Source of the DNA: Pelomyxa schiedti
Lineage: Eukaryota > Protista > Evosea
Reading direction: 5' to 3'
Length of the DNA: 64,000 nucleotides
Assembly (NCBI GenBank): GCA_020536535.1
Contig: JAHLWZ010000870.1
Span: 1-64,000 of the forward strand
Numbering within the stretch: the first letter of the stretch is position 1; each line of letters opens with the position of its first letter. Of this stretch, positions 62,742 through 64,000 are shown one piece after another. The notes beneath the pieces were generated by a model that was not told the origin of the DNA, made no database searches, and saw only the letters and a list, made by a program, of their open reading frames with translations. The position numbers were made by a program, and so were the translations under genes.

Positions 62742-62999
62742 TCTTTTTGCAAATAGCACATTTTTACAATAGAAAAATCAATTTCACGGTTCTTGTCTGC
62801 CGAGATAGAGCAGTTGCTTCTAGTCTGTTATTTCGCTACAACAGAATCTTTTGTTTCTGCGACTTACGCAAAGGGCTGCCTCTTCGTTCCTTGTTTTTAG
62901 GGTTGAGTCATTTTGTTGATCCATGTGAAGCCGTCACAGAGGCCATAGCCGGTTTTGGCGGAACAGGCCCGCACTTGACAAGGGTGACCGGTCAAATGA

Positions 63000-64000
63000 A
63001 AAGTAAACTGCTAAGTCCTGTGGGCTCATGCACCCTGGTAAGTCACACTTGTTGGCTGTTGGTTTTCTTGGAGTTAGATGTATGCTTCAGCTTTGAACTT
63101 GCTGGGCTTCCTGTTCTTTTGTTCGGTATTTGTTGTATTCAAAGCTAACAACTGTGTGGAATTCGGGGATTTACAAGGCAGCCTTACATGGGACTCATAT
63201 TGGCCACACCTCTCACTATCGCTATCCTCTTGATGAATATTAAGTACCTCGCATGTAGTTTAATTTTCGTATCTGTATCTGCCGTGTATATATACGTAGG
63301 TAGTATCTCTTCTCCCTTGTATATCTCTGAGGGTCTTTAAGGTCCAATCAATGCTGTTCTCAACAACAGTGTCGATGCCAACTCACGGAGTAGAGCCATG
63401 AGGTACAATTCTCATATGCTCTATAAATATTTGACCAATTTCCAGCCTTAACCTACTAATTGTAAACTCCTGTGGGTCTTCATATAGCTCTGCTGTTGTG
63501 GTATCAACCACTTGCAGTGTTTACAACACTTTAATTCACCTGCAATAGGGAGCAATCTCCGATTCTACCGGGAAACTCGACATGGCCCTTTTAGTTGTAC
63601 CGATTATGTTCTTCCTGGCCTGTGTGATATGGATTGTAGCATGGCTTGGGTGAAACAATCCACAGCTGTCAATGCGATTGTAACGCCGCAGCGTCCTGTC
63701 ACCTGCACTTGGAGACCGCACCAACAAGGGTTGCCAGCCCAACAATGGCCACCAGTCTGTGTGGGTGTGGTATAGACGCCATGCGCCAGACCGACACTGT
63801 CACTCCCGTAGAATGCCACACAAGTGCTTGAAGTGCACCAGCAACCGACGAGCACACCGAGAATGTGTCAGCATGCAGGGGGAAGGTCAAACGTAGTGCG
63901 CCCATAGGAAAGAACTAGTCTCGTGCTACCACTCTTGTGGTGAGGGGTCGCGTATGATCAAGGGGAAGCGCTATTCTATTATTTTTATCTGTTGTTTAGC
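63000..64000 (-). CDS. Probable partial multi-exon hypothetical gene continuing beyond window
   Basis: Several minus-strand open stretches separated by GT-AG-like segments; no domain recognised and boundaries uncertain. Confidence 0.3.

Noticed and set aside
1-64000. Alternative genetic code or pseudogenes explaining the fragmented ORFs
   Set aside because: In the genes traced, the breaks are resolved by short GT-AG introns under the standard code.
1-64000. tRNA, rRNA, CRISPR arrays, transposons
   Set aside because: None recognisable by eye; covariance-model searches were not run.

Overview
Gene-dense (about 22 genes), intron-rich nuclear DNA of a microbial eukaryote. It uses the standard code and has short GT-AG introns (about 40-55 nt), often with AAG acceptors. 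An Entamoeba CP-C-type cysteine protease, a Maelstrom-domain gene and a bacterial-type B12 radical SAM enzyme suggest an anaerobic archamoeba (Pelomyxa/Mastigamoeba-like); this is inference. Recognisable genes: two HAD hydrolases, PQ-loop transporter, OTUD5-like DUB, LNR-repeat membrane protein, Sel1-repeat protein, C2CD5, myotubularin, Cdc123-like ATP-grasp, CEPT, CABIN1, FYVE-arrestin and PIG-G. The standout is a VIT-VWA (VWA5A-like) gene (39229-43536, minus). Once spliced, it carries a syntaxin-type Qa-SNARE motif followed by a circularly permuted Rab5-like GTPase domain in G2-G3-G4-G5-G1 order, with the P-loop moved to the C-terminal end. Also notable are an intronless kinesin / alpha-beta hydrolase / RING / YEATS fusion and an intron-containing cobalamin-dependent radical SAM gene. 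Two N-gaps are flanked by duplicated sequence (assembly artefacts). Exon boundaries were inferred by eye.
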